Assembly: GCA_965214935.1 (NCBI GenBank)
Contig: CBDCCS010000021.1
Location: forward strand, 1 to 64,000
Reading direction: 5' to 3'
Origin: Candidatus Velthaea sp.
GTDB lineage: Bacteria; Vulcanimicrobiota; Vulcanimicrobiia; Vulcanimicrobiales; Vulcanimicrobiaceae
DNA length: 64,000 nt
Within the stretch, counting starts at the first letter, position 1; every line of letters begins with the position of its first letter. A model generated the notes under the pieces. That model had not been told where the DNA came from. It saw only the letters and a list, made by a program, of their open reading frames with translations, and did no database searches. Both the position numbers and the translations under genes were made by a program. This document shows, in pieces, positions 39,971 through 49,761 of this stretch.

Positions 39971-40596
39971 AGCGCGCCGAGTTCGCCGTATTGCCGGCCG
40001 TCGCCGGCGCGTTCGGCATGAACGGCAGCGCGGCTGCGGCAGCGCCCGGCGATGCGTTCGTCTTTGCCCGGCAGCGCTTCATCGCGCGGGCGACGTTGCC
40101 GTTCCGGCACCGTCAAGTGTTTGGTTCGCGCTCGCTCGCGAGCGGCGTCGTGCTGCACCTTATGACAAACTCGCTCAAAGCGTATCATTCGCCGAACGGA
40201 TTCGATAACGGCCCGCACTCCTTACATGCCGCAGCCGTGCTCTACGGCACGTCGATTACCGCGGTTTTGACGGACGCGGCATGGGTCGATTTGCGCTTGC
40301 CCGAGTTTCTTGAGCGACTTGGGGATCTCGCACCCGGCAACCCGGCGGCGAACCCGTTTAGCGGGGTCGTTGCCGATCTCACGCAAGCGAGTGCATCGTT
40401 CTTCGTCTGCAATAACGCATTGCACGATGTCGCACAAGCGCTGGCCGCCGCAACGCCCGGGGGACGCAGCCCGAACGAGACCTACACCGCGCTCTTTGGC
40501 GCCGTGAAGCCGAACGCCATCGTCGTCCCGGCCGGCGTCGCGGCTCTCAACGCCCTGCAAGAGTATCATTTCACGCTCGTTCAAGCGACTATGTAG
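39967..40596 (+). CDS. Exported DsrE-like protein, probable CTG start
   Basis: CTG overlaps the TBDR TGA; KRAEF Tat-like signal; HRQVF, FFVCNNAL, VVPAGVAALNALQE. Confidence 0.7.
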   Translation: MKRAEFAVLPAVAGAFGMNGSAAAAAPGDAFVFARQRFIARATLPFRHRQVFGSRSLASGVVLHLMTNSLKAYHSPNGFDNGPHSLHAAAVLYGTSITAVLTDAAWVDLRLPEFLERLGDLAPGNPAANPFSGVVADLTQASASFFVCNNALHDVAQALAAATPGGRSPNETYTALFGAVKPNAIVVPAGVAALNALQEYHFTLVQATM

Positions 40597-40634
40597 CCGT
40601 CGCACTACGCTCGCCGCGGCGCCGATATCCGGCA

Positions 40635-42795
40635 CTAGATGGTTGCCGACGAGCGCAGGCCGCGGCCGGTTTTGGAGCCGCTCGGCGCAAACCCTGGTTC
40701 ACCCGTCTGCCACAGAATGAACGTGTCCAGGGTCGGCAGATTCCTCGTCTTGCGCCGACACGTCGCGGATCAAGCCGTGTCCCTGCAAATCGGTACGCAA
40801 CAAAATAGGCTTGCCGCTCGTGGTTGACGCCGCAAGCCGTGCCGCCATCTTCGCGACTTGCCATGGGGCGGTTCGCCGGTCCGCTAATCCGGTGGTAAGG
40901 ATCGTCGCCGGATACCGGGCGGGCGCGATATGGTCGTACGCACTCATCGCAAGCAAATCGCGAAAACCGTCGCGCGTCTTCACGCTTCCAAACTCCGGTA
41001 CGTTTCCCGGACCGTTCGGCATGTTTTCCAGATCGACCATGTCGTTGAAGCCGACTTCCGAGATTGCGGCAGCGAACAGTTCGGGATGTTGCGTGATTGC
41101 ACCGCCGATCGCGATGCCGCCCGCACTTCCGCCGTTGCCTGCAAGTTTCGCATTTGAAGTCCAGCCGTCGTTTATCGCTGCCCGCGCGCCTGCGACGAAA
41201 TCGTCGATCGTGTGTTGTTTCGTGCGCCCTTTGCCGGCAAGGTGCCACGGCTCGCCGAACTCGCCGCCGCCGCGCGCGTGCACGAGCACGATCACAATGC
41301 CGAGTTCGAGCGTTACAGCGACGAACGGCGGCACCGGCGGTTCAATATCGTAGCCGTACGCTCCATAAGCGACCACGAGCGTCGGCCGTCGTCCGTCTTT
41401 GCGCGTGCCGGCTTTGTAGATGACCGTGTACGGTATCTTCGTTCCGTCAGCACTCGTCGCCAGCGAATCTTCATAACGGATATCTGCGTAAGGCGCCGGC
41501 ACCGGCGGGCTAATATGCGCATCCGCAACGATCGCACGCCGTCCGGCGATCTCGTACCAGCGTCCGGGATCGTTGAACGAAGCTGTTTCAATCTCCAATC
41601 GATCCGTCGTCGGCTCGCATTGCATCGGCAGGATCACGTTTGCATGCGGAAGCGCGACCGCGCCGAGCGGGCGCCCTTCAAGATCGAAGTGGTCGAGCCG
41701 CATATCGGCCCCAACGCGCTTCGCAACGTACAGGCCCGTTCGGTTCGCGACGATGTCGTTTCGAAAGCCGCTGCCTTCCGGCAGGATCGTTCGGACGCGC
41801 GCTCCGCTAAACCGGTCGCGTACGTCAATCGTCCGGCGCGCGTCGCCCTTGTCGCTCAGACCATACAAGTACCGCCCGCCGAGCGCGACCTTCACGACCT
41901 GATCCGCCTCGCTAAAAATGCGACGCCACGCACCGTTCGCATGCGTCGCCCGCCTGAACGGCGCCACGAATGCAGAGACGTGCGGAACGGGTTCACGCTG
42001 AGGTATCGCGAGAACGGCATCTCTGCCGAGCACCGAAAAGGTGACGAAGAGACTGCGAACGGTAGCGGAACCCATCGGTCCGTCCGCGCCAAAGCCGGCA
42101 ATCGGCGTATCGGTTCCGTGTTTCGAACCGACGACGTGAAGATAACTCGTTTCAGTTCGGTTCTTCGCGCCCTCACGGACGGTCGAGTAGTAGAAAGCGT
42201 GCTCGTCGCGCCACGTCACGTCCGATATGACGGCTGCATCGATCGCTTGAACGATGTCGTGCGCTCCGTCGGAATCGCACACGTGAATCACCACGGCCTC
42301 GCTTGAGGCGCTTAGGCCGTAAGCGATCCGGGCACCGCGCCGCGACGGTTCGAACCAGCCGATCACGCGCCCCTTAGGAAGCGATGCTGCGTTTATGATG
42401 ATGCTCGTTCGGGTCGTCCCGTCAGCACGGGCCAATAGCGAAGGATCGTTGCCACCCGGCAACGTCTGCAGGTAGAGGACGCGCGAACCAATCCGAACGA
42501 CGCCCGACGTCGTCGTCGCACTCGCCGCCATCGCGTCCACTTTTCGTATCGCTCGCAGTACGCGGGTCCGTCCGGGATTGGCCGCAAGCACCGACCGCGT
42601 GTAAAGACTCTGCCGGTCCAAATAGTCGGCGAGATCGGCGCCACCGCTCTCCATCCAATGATACGGATCGCTCCGAACGGTGCCAAAAAACGTCTGGCTG
42701 AACGGAACCACCTTGGCCGGCGGCGGCGGACTTGGGATGGATACGGCAATTGCAGCAAACGCCGAAATCGCCCGCATCCAGAAAGTGTTCGTCAT
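40635..42795 (-). CDS. Secreted prolyl oligopeptidase (S9A); +1 frameshift near the C-terminus at ~40730-40732
   Basis: DPYHWME, AYGAYG, RGGGEFGEPWH, GGSAGG, DRRT and GHG triad; removing one C restores ADLDTFILWQTG..* at 40635. Confidence 0.9.
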
Positions 42796-42925
42796 CGGCG
42801 CTATCATAGATCGACCGTGCGAAGCCCGGCAATCATCACGTTTCACCGATCTTGCATCCAGGGCTGCGGATTCGGCCAAGTGTCGTGAGCGCCACAACGG
42901 ACCGTACGGGCGGTAGAGGACGGGT

Positions 42926-43360
42926 ATGTCCGCCTTGCGTGCCGCGCGACCTCATCGTTTTAGCGTTGAGGAGTACATGGCCTCGCGCGTCGCCGGGCAC
43001 ACGGAACTCATCGACGGCACGTTTTACGAAGTGTCGCCTCGCACTCCGCGGCACGTCTACCAGGGTCAGCACGCGCCCGAGGTTGACGTCGCCAGCGTAC
43101 GCGCAAATTGGTATGCAATGACGGCCGAGGCCGGCGACACCTTCGCTGCCATTGAAGTTGCCGACACGTCGTTCAACGACGATCGTACGGTGAATAACCC
43201 GCTTTACGAGGCCGCCGGCATTGCGGCTTCGATTGTAAACATTGCGCAGCGCCGAGTTGAATTATATGCCGGCAGCGGCGAACATCGCTTCTACGGCGAA
43301 GGCGAAATCTGCGACGTACTGGGCATTCGTATGCCGGTCTTGGAGCTTTCGGCGTTGTGA
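42926..43360 (+). pseudogene. Uma2-family endonuclease, internally deleted or degenerate
   Basis: RFSVEEY, ELIDG, SP..PRH, IEVADTS, LYEAAGI; the segment after PRH is short and the Lys expected before LY is absent. Confidence 0.6.
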
Positions 43361-43497
43361 ACTACAGCTCGTCAAGTGTCGCAGCGTCGCGATCGGCATG
43401 AGCGGCACATACACCGCCCGGCGAACGCACCCCAAACGACTCGAACTGCCGGGTCAACGAAACGAGCGGCAAGCGGTGAACGGCGTTAGGATGGGTT

Positions 43498-43917
43498 ATG
43501 AAGGCTGAAAAAAGTGAAATCAACGCGTCGGAACATATCGACCAGCTCGTTGCCGGACTCACGGATTGGCGCGGCAAAACGCTGGCCGATGTCCGCAAGA
43601 TCATCGTCGAGGCCGATCGTGAGATCATCGAGGAATGGAAGTGGATGGGGAGCCCGGTGTGGTCTCTCGACGGCATCATCGCAGTCGGCAACGCACACAA
43701 AAAGCACGTGAAGCTCACCTTTGCGAACGGGGCGCACCTGGCAGATCCCGACAAGCTCTTTAATAACGGTCTGGGCGGGAATAAATGGCGAGCAATCGAT
43801 CTCTTCGAGGGTGATGTCGTAGATGCGAACGGATTACGAACGCTTATTCAAGCCGCCATTGCCTACAATCAAAGTAAGTTGAAGAAAGCGCCTGCGCGCC
43901 GTCGGCCGAAAGACTAG
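43498..43917 (+). CDS. DUF1801 (YdhG-like) domain protein
   Basis: DWRGKTL, EEWKWMGSPVW, VKLTFANGA, DPDKLFN. Confidence 0.88.
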   Translation: MKAEKSEINASEHIDQLVAGLTDWRGKTLADVRKIIVEADREIIEEWKWMGSPVWSLDGIIAVGNAHKKHVKLTFANGAHLADPDKLFNNGLGGNKWRAIDLFEGDVVDANGLRTLIQAAIAYNQSKLKKAPARRRPKD

Positions 43918-44057
43918 CAGCAAGCTCGCTCTGCGTAGCGCCGGCATGGTGATCACGGACAATAACGCAACGTTTGCGAAGCGCGATCGGCACATCGCAA
44001 GCGAAAGCGATCGGCCGGCGACGATCGCAGTTGCCGGGCGTTCCGGGAGAGCGTGAC

Positions 44058-44354
44058 GTGCGAACCGTTGGCGAGATTGTCCTTGCTCGGACAAAAGGCG
44101 TGACGCTTGAGATCATCGCCGATCCAAAGGCGCGCGTCATTTATTTTTACGATAGATCCGGTCATTTCGAGCGCGTCGACGCGACCGTTAAGTTCTATAC
44201 GCCGCCCAGTGTATCGAGCCTGACGCTTTCGCTACGTGCCATGTTCGCCGAATCGGACATCCCCGAGCTCAGTAAGCGGTGCTTCTTCCCCACATTACTT
44301 GATAAGAAAATAGCTCAGTTCGCGACGCTACCGGCAACGCCCGAACGTCGTTAG
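44058..44354 (+). CDS. Hypothetical protein
   Basis: GGGAGAG before GTG; globular-looking composition; stop overlaps the aroQ stop. Confidence 0.5.
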   Translation: MRTVGEIVLARTKGVTLEIIADPKARVIYFYDRSGHFERVDATVKFYTPPSVSSLTLSLRAMFAESDIPELSKRCFFPTLLDKKIAQFATLPATPERR

Positions 44355-44776
44355 CGTTCGATCAACCGGTCGATCGCGCGCAGATATGAATCGACGCCCA
44401 GGCCGGAAAATTGGGCGATACAAACCGCTGCGGTTACCGAGATTCGGCGGAACGCTTCGCGTTGCATGATGTCCGACAAATGCACTTCAATCGTCGGCAC
44501 GGCGATGCCGCCGATCGCGTCACGGATGGCGTACGAGTAATGGGTGTATGCGCCGGGGTTGATAACGATACCGTCAGCCCAATGCCGCAGCCGATGCAGT
44601 TCATCGATGATCGCGCCTTCGCTATTATACTGCGAAAACGCCGTTTCGACTTGACGTTCGGCGGCATACGCAGCGATCGTCGTTTCGAGTTCAGCCAGCG
44701 TTAATCGGCCGTAGATCGCCGGCTCGCGTTCGCCGAGCAGATTGAGATTCGGCCCGTTTACGACCGCGATACGCAC
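44351..44776 (-). CDS. aroQ: Type II 3-dehydroquinate dehydratase
   Basis: NGPNLNLLGEREP..YG, INPGAYTHYS, EVHLS. Confidence 0.96.
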   Translation of the reverse strand: MRIAVVNGPNLNLLGEREPAIYGRLTLAELETTIAAYAAERQVETAFSQYNSEGAIIDELHRLRHWADGIVINPGAYTHYSYAIRDAIGGIAVPTIEVHLSDIMQREAFRRISVTAAVCIAQFSGLGVDSYLRAIDRLIER

Positions 44777-45849
44777 GCAGTTTCCACGAATGCAACCGCC
44801 GCCCGGACCGTTTCGCGGTCGACGGCCGCATCTTCGACGGTCACGCCGACATCGCGTAACAACACGAAGCGCGTTGCACCACCGGCAGCTTTCTTCTTAT
44901 CGCGGTTGACCGCATCGACGACGGCGGCGCGGTCGAGTTGCGGCAACGGCGGAACGCCGACGGCTGCGAGATCGGCGTCGATAGCGCGCGCAAGAGCGCC
45001 GCTGCAATGTCCGCGTTGCGCGGACAACCATACGGCGGCGCGCATCCCGACGACGACCGCCTCGCCGTGGCGGTAATAGGCGTAGCCGGTGGCGGCCTCG
45101 ATTGCGTGTCCGATCGTATGCCCGAAGTTGAGCCGCTCGCGAATGCCGCTGAGATCGCGTTCGTCGGCGGCGACGATATCGGCTTTGAGCGCGATGCAGC
45201 GCTCGATCTGGGCGTCGTTGATCCGCGCCGGATCGACGGCGAGCAATTCGGCCCAGAGCGCCGCATCGAGGGCCAAACCGTATTTGAGCATCTCGCCGTA
45301 CCCGGAGACAAATTCTCGCTGCGGCAGCGTTGCAAAAGCCGTGCGATCGACCAAGACGAGCGAAGGTTGGTGAAATGCGCCGATCAAATTCTTACCGCGC
45401 GCATGATTGATCCCGGTCTTTCCGCCGATCGAACTGTCGACTGCAGAAAGTAACGTCGTCGGCGCACCGATCCAGCGAACGCCGCGCAGATATGTTGCTG
45501 CCGCGTAACCCGCAAGGTCGCCGATCACGCCGCCGCCGAGGGCCACCACCACGCCGGTGCGATCGAGCCCGGCGTCGAGAAAACGCCCGTACAGCGCATC
45601 GAGGTCGGCCGGCGACTTGCGCGATTCCGTAACATCGAGCACGATTTCGTGAACGTCCTTGCCGCGAGCCCGTAACGCCGCCGCAACGCGCAAGATTGCG
45701 TCGCCGGCAGCGCGGTCGGCAACCAGCGCGAATGTCTGCGCGTTGTCGAGCCCCGCAGCAGCAAGCAAATCGCCGGCGGCATCGAGCAGTCCGGCGCCGA
45801 TATGCACGTCGTAGCCGCGCTGCGCCGTTGCGAAACGAACGGTCTTCAC
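44758..45849 (-). CDS. aroB: 3-dehydroquinate synthase
   Basis: GGGVIGDLAG, DSSIGGKTGIN, KNLIGAFHQP, LNFGHTIGHAIE. Confidence 0.96.
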   Translation of the reverse strand: MKTVRFATAQRGYDVHIGAGLLDAAGDLLAAAGLDNAQTFALVADRAAGDAILRVAAALRARGKDVHEIVLDVTESRKSPADLDALYGRFLDAGLDRTGVVVALGGGVIGDLAGYAAATYLRGVRWIGAPTTLLSAVDSSIGGKTGINHARGKNLIGAFHQPSLVLVDRTAFATLPQREFVSGYGEMLKYGLALDAALWAELLAVDPARINDAQIERCIALKADIVAADERDLSGIRERLNFGHTIGHAIEAATGYAYYRHGEAVVVGMRAAVWLSAQRGHCSGALARAIDADLAAVGVPPLPQLDRAAVVDAVNRDKKKAAGGATRFVLLRDVGVTVEDAAVDRETVRAAVAFVETACVSRS

Positions 45850-46349
45850 AGCAGCGATCGAATCTCGGCGACGATTTCTTCGAGACTGCGCCGGTCGACG
45901 TCGACGGTATGATCGGCCGATGCGTACAGCGGTAAGCGTTGCGCGAGCAACGTCGTAATCGGTATGCCGGCGGCGATAAGCGGCCGCGCGGTGCGCTGCG
46001 CGCTCAGGCGGCGCTCGAGCGTTGCGATGCTTGCGCGCAAATGAATCGAACGGCCACGCGTTGCGATGAGCGCCCGATTGTTCGGCGCGAGAACCGTGCC
46101 GCCGCCCAGTGCGATGACCGCATCATCGGTATCCGCCGCGTACGCCAATGCATCCGATTCGAGCGCTCGAAACGCCGGTTCACCGCGTTCGGAAAAGAGC
46201 GCCGCAATCGACATCTTGGCACGCTGTACCACGATTGCATCGGTATCGAAGAACGGCCGGCCGAGCGTACGCGCCAGGCGCCGCCCGATCGTCGTCTTTC
46301 CGACTCCGGGCGCACCCCATAAAAATACCGGATTAGTGCCGGACGGCAA
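45846..46349 (-). CDS. aroK: Shikimate kinase
   Basis: GAPGVGKTT, DTD, GEPAFRALE, LGGG, RPL; TTG start inferred. Confidence 0.93.
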   Translation of the reverse strand: MPSGTNPVFLWGAPGVGKTTIGRRLARTLGRPFFDTDAIVVQRAKMSIAALFSERGEPAFRALESDALAYAADTDDAVIALGGGTVLAPNNRALIATRGRSIHLRASIATLERRLSAQRTARPLIAAGIPITTLLAQRLPLYASADHTVDVDRRSLEEIVAEIRSLL

Positions 46350-47496
46350 GCCGCTGCCATTCGCGAATGCGCGGCGCGATCTCGCCCATACTATCGCCGC
46401 CGAACTTTTCGAGCAGCGCATCGGCAAGCACCAGCGCCAACAACGATTCGCCGATGACCGCGGCAGCCGGGACCGCGCACGTGTCCGACCGTTCGATGTG
46501 CGCGTTGGTCGCTTCGCCCGTTGCGAGATCGACCGAACGCAGCGGCTTCATCAGCGTCGAAATCGGCTTCATAGCGGCTCGCACGATAAGCGTTTCGCCG
46601 GTGGTCATTCCGCCGTCGATACCGCCCGAGTTGTTGCTGGCATAACGCAACCGTTCGTCGCCGGGCAAATACTCGTCGTGCACTTGCGAACCGCGTCGGA
46701 CGGCACTCGTAAAACCGCCGCCGACTTCGACGCCCTTGATCGCGTTGAGACTCAAGAACTGCCGCCCGATTTCCGCTTCAAGCCGCCGGTCCCACTGCAC
46801 GTAACTGCCGAGCCCGACGACGACGTTGGAGGCGTACACCTCGAAAATTCCACCGAGAGTGTCGCCCGCTGCCCGCGCCGCGTCGACTTCGCCGACCATT
46901 TGCTCTTGCACGCCGCTGTCGAGGACACGTAACGGACGGTCGTCCAGCAACGCGTTGAGCTCGTCGACCGGCACGTCGAGCGGCCGTGCATCGGCAAGCG
47001 CACCGATGCCGACGACGCGACTTGCGATATGGATATCGAACGCTGCTAAGAACGCGCGCGCAACGCTGCCGAGTGCGACCCGCATTGCGGTTTCCCGTGC
47101 GCTCGAGCGTTCGAGGACGTTACGCATGTCGCCGTGCGCGTATTTCAAACCGCCGACGTAATCGGCGTGACCGGGGCGCGGGACGCTCACTTTGCGCCGG
47201 CCCTCACGCATCGGCGGTTCAGCCGCCATGATGTCCGTCCAAGCGCGCCAATCACGATTCGCGATGACTAGCGCGATCGGGCTGCCGAGGGTTTCGCCGT
47301 ACCGCACGCCGGTGAGGATCTCGACCTCATCGGTCTCGATGTTCTGCCGGTTCCCGCGGCCATAGCCCAGCTTGCGCCGCTTCAGCTGCGCGTGCAGCGA
47401 CGGCACGTCGAGCGCCAAGCCCGCCGGAACGCCCTCGATAATGCCGACGAGCGCACGTCCGTGCGATTCGCCCGCGGTGAGATAGCGCAAACTCAC
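46333..47496 (-). CDS. aroC: Chorismate synthase
   Basis: LTAGESHG, PRPGHAD, ERSSARETA, GGIDGGMT, MKPISTL, ERSDTCAV; GTGA overlap with the upstream gene. Confidence 0.96.
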   Translation of the reverse strand: MSLRYLTAGESHGRALVGIIEGVPAGLALDVPSLHAQLKRRKLGYGRGNRQNIETDEVEILTGVRYGETLGSPIALVIANRDWRAWTDIMAAEPPMREGRRKVSVPRPGHADYVGGLKYAHGDMRNVLERSSARETAMRVALGSVARAFLAAFDIHIASRVVGIGALADARPLDVPVDELNALLDDRPLRVLDSGVQEQMVGEVDAARAAGDTLGGIFEVYASNVVVGLGSYVQWDRRLEAEIGRQFLSLNAIKGVEVGGGFTSAVRRGSQVHDEYLPGDERLRYASNNSGGIDGGMTTGETLIVRAAMKPISTLMKPLRSVDLATGEATNAHIERSDTCAVPAAAVIGESLLALVLADALLEKFGGDSMGEIAPRIREWQRLAVRH

Positions 47497-49652
47497 GGCG
47501 TCGCTCCCAAATGATTCAACAGTCCGCTCATGAGACGAGCACTTTCGGCGGCCGCAAACGGACGTCCGTCGCGAAACCATATCTCGTACGTGGCGAGCGC
47601 TTGGGCGGCCAGCATCAGCAGTCCGCCCGTCGTCGACGCGCCGGCATTCCGCGCGTGCGCGAGAAACGGCGTCGGCAGCCGGCCGTATTTGAGATCGAAG
47701 GCCCATGCGCCGGGCTCGTACGCGACCCGGGCCGCGCTGCCCGGCGTCGCATCGACGACCAACGCAAACCGGCCGGCGGGCGCGGCTTGTGCTTGCAGTT
47801 GCAACGCCGGCAGATGACGCGCAAAGCGCTCGACGAGCTGCGCCGCCCGCTCGGCATTGCGATTGACGATCACGATCTCCGCCGGCCCCCGCTGCGCAAG
47901 GGCGTACACGACGGCCGCAGCGGCACCGCCCGCTCCGAGCACGCACGCCCGCTTCGTGCGAATGTCGATTGCGTGGGCGTCGAGCGTCGCGAGGATACCG
48001 GTGACGTCGGTGTTATGTCCGTCGAGCGTACCGTCGCTGCGCCGCGCGACGACGTTCACCGCGCCGACGATCGCGGCAACCCGGGCGCAGCGATCGACCA
48101 GTGCCGCCGCGCGTTCTTTGTATGGAATCGTAACGTTGCAGCCGACATACGCCGGATCGCGACGCATCGCTGCAAAGAGCGGAGCGACGTCGCCTTCGGG
48201 CCGCTCGAAGCGCTCGTATGCGATATTGGTATCGCACGCGCGTGCCAGCCAGGCGAAAATCTCGGGCGAGCGCGACTGTGCGACCGAAGCGCCGAGAACG
48301 CCGGCACGCATCGGCTCGCCGGTCAGATAGCGCAGCGTCGCAAAGAAACCCGGATACGAAATGGCGACGCAGGCAGCATCGTCGATCGTCGTCGGAGACG
48401 CTGCACCGAGCGCGGCGATCGCGCAGGCCATAGCAATCCGGTGATCGGCGAAACTTACGATGTTCGCACCGTGCAGCGGCTGCGGACCGGCGATCCGGAA
48501 GCCGTCGTCGAGCACCTCGATCTCGGCACCCATCGCGCGCAGATTGAGCGCGATCGCTTCGATCCGGTCGCTCTCTTTCACGCGCAGTTCTTCGGCGCCG
48601 CGCACTTCGGTTACGCCGGTTGCATAAGTCGCGAGGACCGCAATGAGCGGCAGCTCGTCGATAAGCGCCGGCACTTCATGGGCATCGATCGTCGTACCAC
48701 GTAGCGGCGCATAGACGGCACCGAGCGTCCCGACCGGCTCGCACTCCGCGTGCGAACGCACGACGGTAATTTTCGCGCCCATTCGCTCGAGCACACGCAC
48801 GAAGCCCATGCGCGTCGGATTGAGACCAACCTCGTGTAAGCGGACGTTGCCCCCTTGGACGATCGTCGCGGCCGCCAGCCAAAAGGCCGCCGACGACGGA
48901 TCGCCGGGTACACGCAGGTCGGCGGCATGTAACCGCTGTCCACCGCGCAGCCGCAGCGTGCCGTCGACTTTGAGGTCGGCTCCGAAGTGACGCAGCAGCC
49001 GTTCGGTGTGATCGCGTCCGCCGAGAGCGCCGCCGATAACCGTTTCGCCTGTGGCGCCGAGCGCCGCCAGCAAGATCGCGCTTTTCACCTGGGCGCTGGG
49101 CAGCGGCAGATCGTAGCGAACCGCTTGCAGATCGCCGCCGCGAATTTCGATCGGCGCCCGACCGTCGGCGCTCAGATCGATCGTCGCTCCGAAGGCACGC
49201 AACGGTTCGGCAACGCGCCGCATCGGTCGCGAACGCAGCGACGCATCACCATCGAGCCGGCTTTTAAACGGCTGCGCGGCGAGCACGCCGGCCATCAAAC
49301 GCATCGTCGTTCCGGAGTTACCGCAGTCGAGATCGCCGGCCGGCTCGCGCAACGCTTGCGGCCCGCGACCGTGGACGACGACGGTATCGCCGGCATCGGC
49401 GATCGGTACGCCGAGTGCCTCGAGCACGCCGCGCGTCGAGCGGACGTCGGCCGAATCGAGCAGGTTCATGATGTGCGTTTTGCCATGCGCCAACGCACCG
49501 AACATAAGCATCCGGTGGGAAATCGACTTATCACCGGGGATCGACGGCGTACCGGAAAAGCGGCGCGCCGGAGCGATCGTCACCGAACGAAAAAGCTCCC
49601 GGTCGTTCGACTCGGGAGCTGCGTGAGATTCATGCGCGGCGGTCGACCTCAT
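47493..49652 (-). CDS. aroA: Fused EPSP synthase (AroA) - shikimate dehydrogenase (AroE)
   Basis: PGDKSISHR, GNSGTTMRL, SAQVKSA, RVKESDR, DHRIAM, SYPGFF; continues in frame into SRSPEI, NVTIPYK, GAVN, NTD, LGAGGAA, DLKY. Confidence 0.9.
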   Translation of the reverse strand: MRSTAAHESHAAPESNDRELFRSVTIAPARRFSGTPSIPGDKSISHRMLMFGALAHGKTHIMNLLDSADVRSTRGVLEALGVPIADAGDTVVVHGRGPQALREPAGDLDCGNSGTTMRLMAGVLAAQPFKSRLDGDASLRSRPMRRVAEPLRAFGATIDLSADGRAPIEIRGGDLQAVRYDLPLPSAQVKSAILLAALGATGETVIGGALGGRDHTERLLRHFGADLKVDGTLRLRGGQRLHAADLRVPGDPSSAAFWLAAATIVQGGNVRLHEVGLNPTRMGFVRVLERMGAKITVVRSHAECEPVGTLGAVYAPLRGTTIDAHEVPALIDELPLIAVLATYATGVTEVRGAEELRVKESDRIEAIALNLRAMGAEIEVLDDGFRIAGPQPLHGANIVSFADHRIAMACAIAALGAASPTTIDDAACVAISYPGFFATLRYLTGEPMRAGVLGASVAQSRSPEIFAWLARACDTNIAYERFERPEGDVAPLFAAMRRDPAYVGCNVTIPYKERAAALVDRCARVAAIVGAVNVVARRSDGTLDGHNTDVTGILATLDAHAIDIRTKRACVLGAGGAAAAVVYALAQRGPAEIVIVNRNAERAAQLVERFARHLPALQLQAQAAPAGRFALVVDATPGSAARVAYEPGAWAFDLKYGRLPTPFLAHARNAGASTTGGLLMLAAQALATYEIWFRDGRPFAAAESARLMSGLLNHLGATP

Positions 49653-49726
49653 CGGCGCAGAACTCCGCTCCCGGACGGCATGATGAACGAGCGAAAGGAG
49701 CGGCAAGACGGTCGCGCGAGGCGCAT
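49649..49726 (-). CDS. Candidate aro-operon leader peptide MRLARPSCRSFRSFIMPSGSGVLRR
   Basis: Starts 9 nt after TTGACA-N18-TACGAA; two Phe codons; its stop overlaps the aroA ATG (ATGA). Confidence 0.45.
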   Translation of the reverse strand: MRLARPSCRSFRSFIMPSGSGVLRR

Positions 49727-49761
49727 GATGCAAACTTCGTAGCACGCGCACGGCGGCGCTG

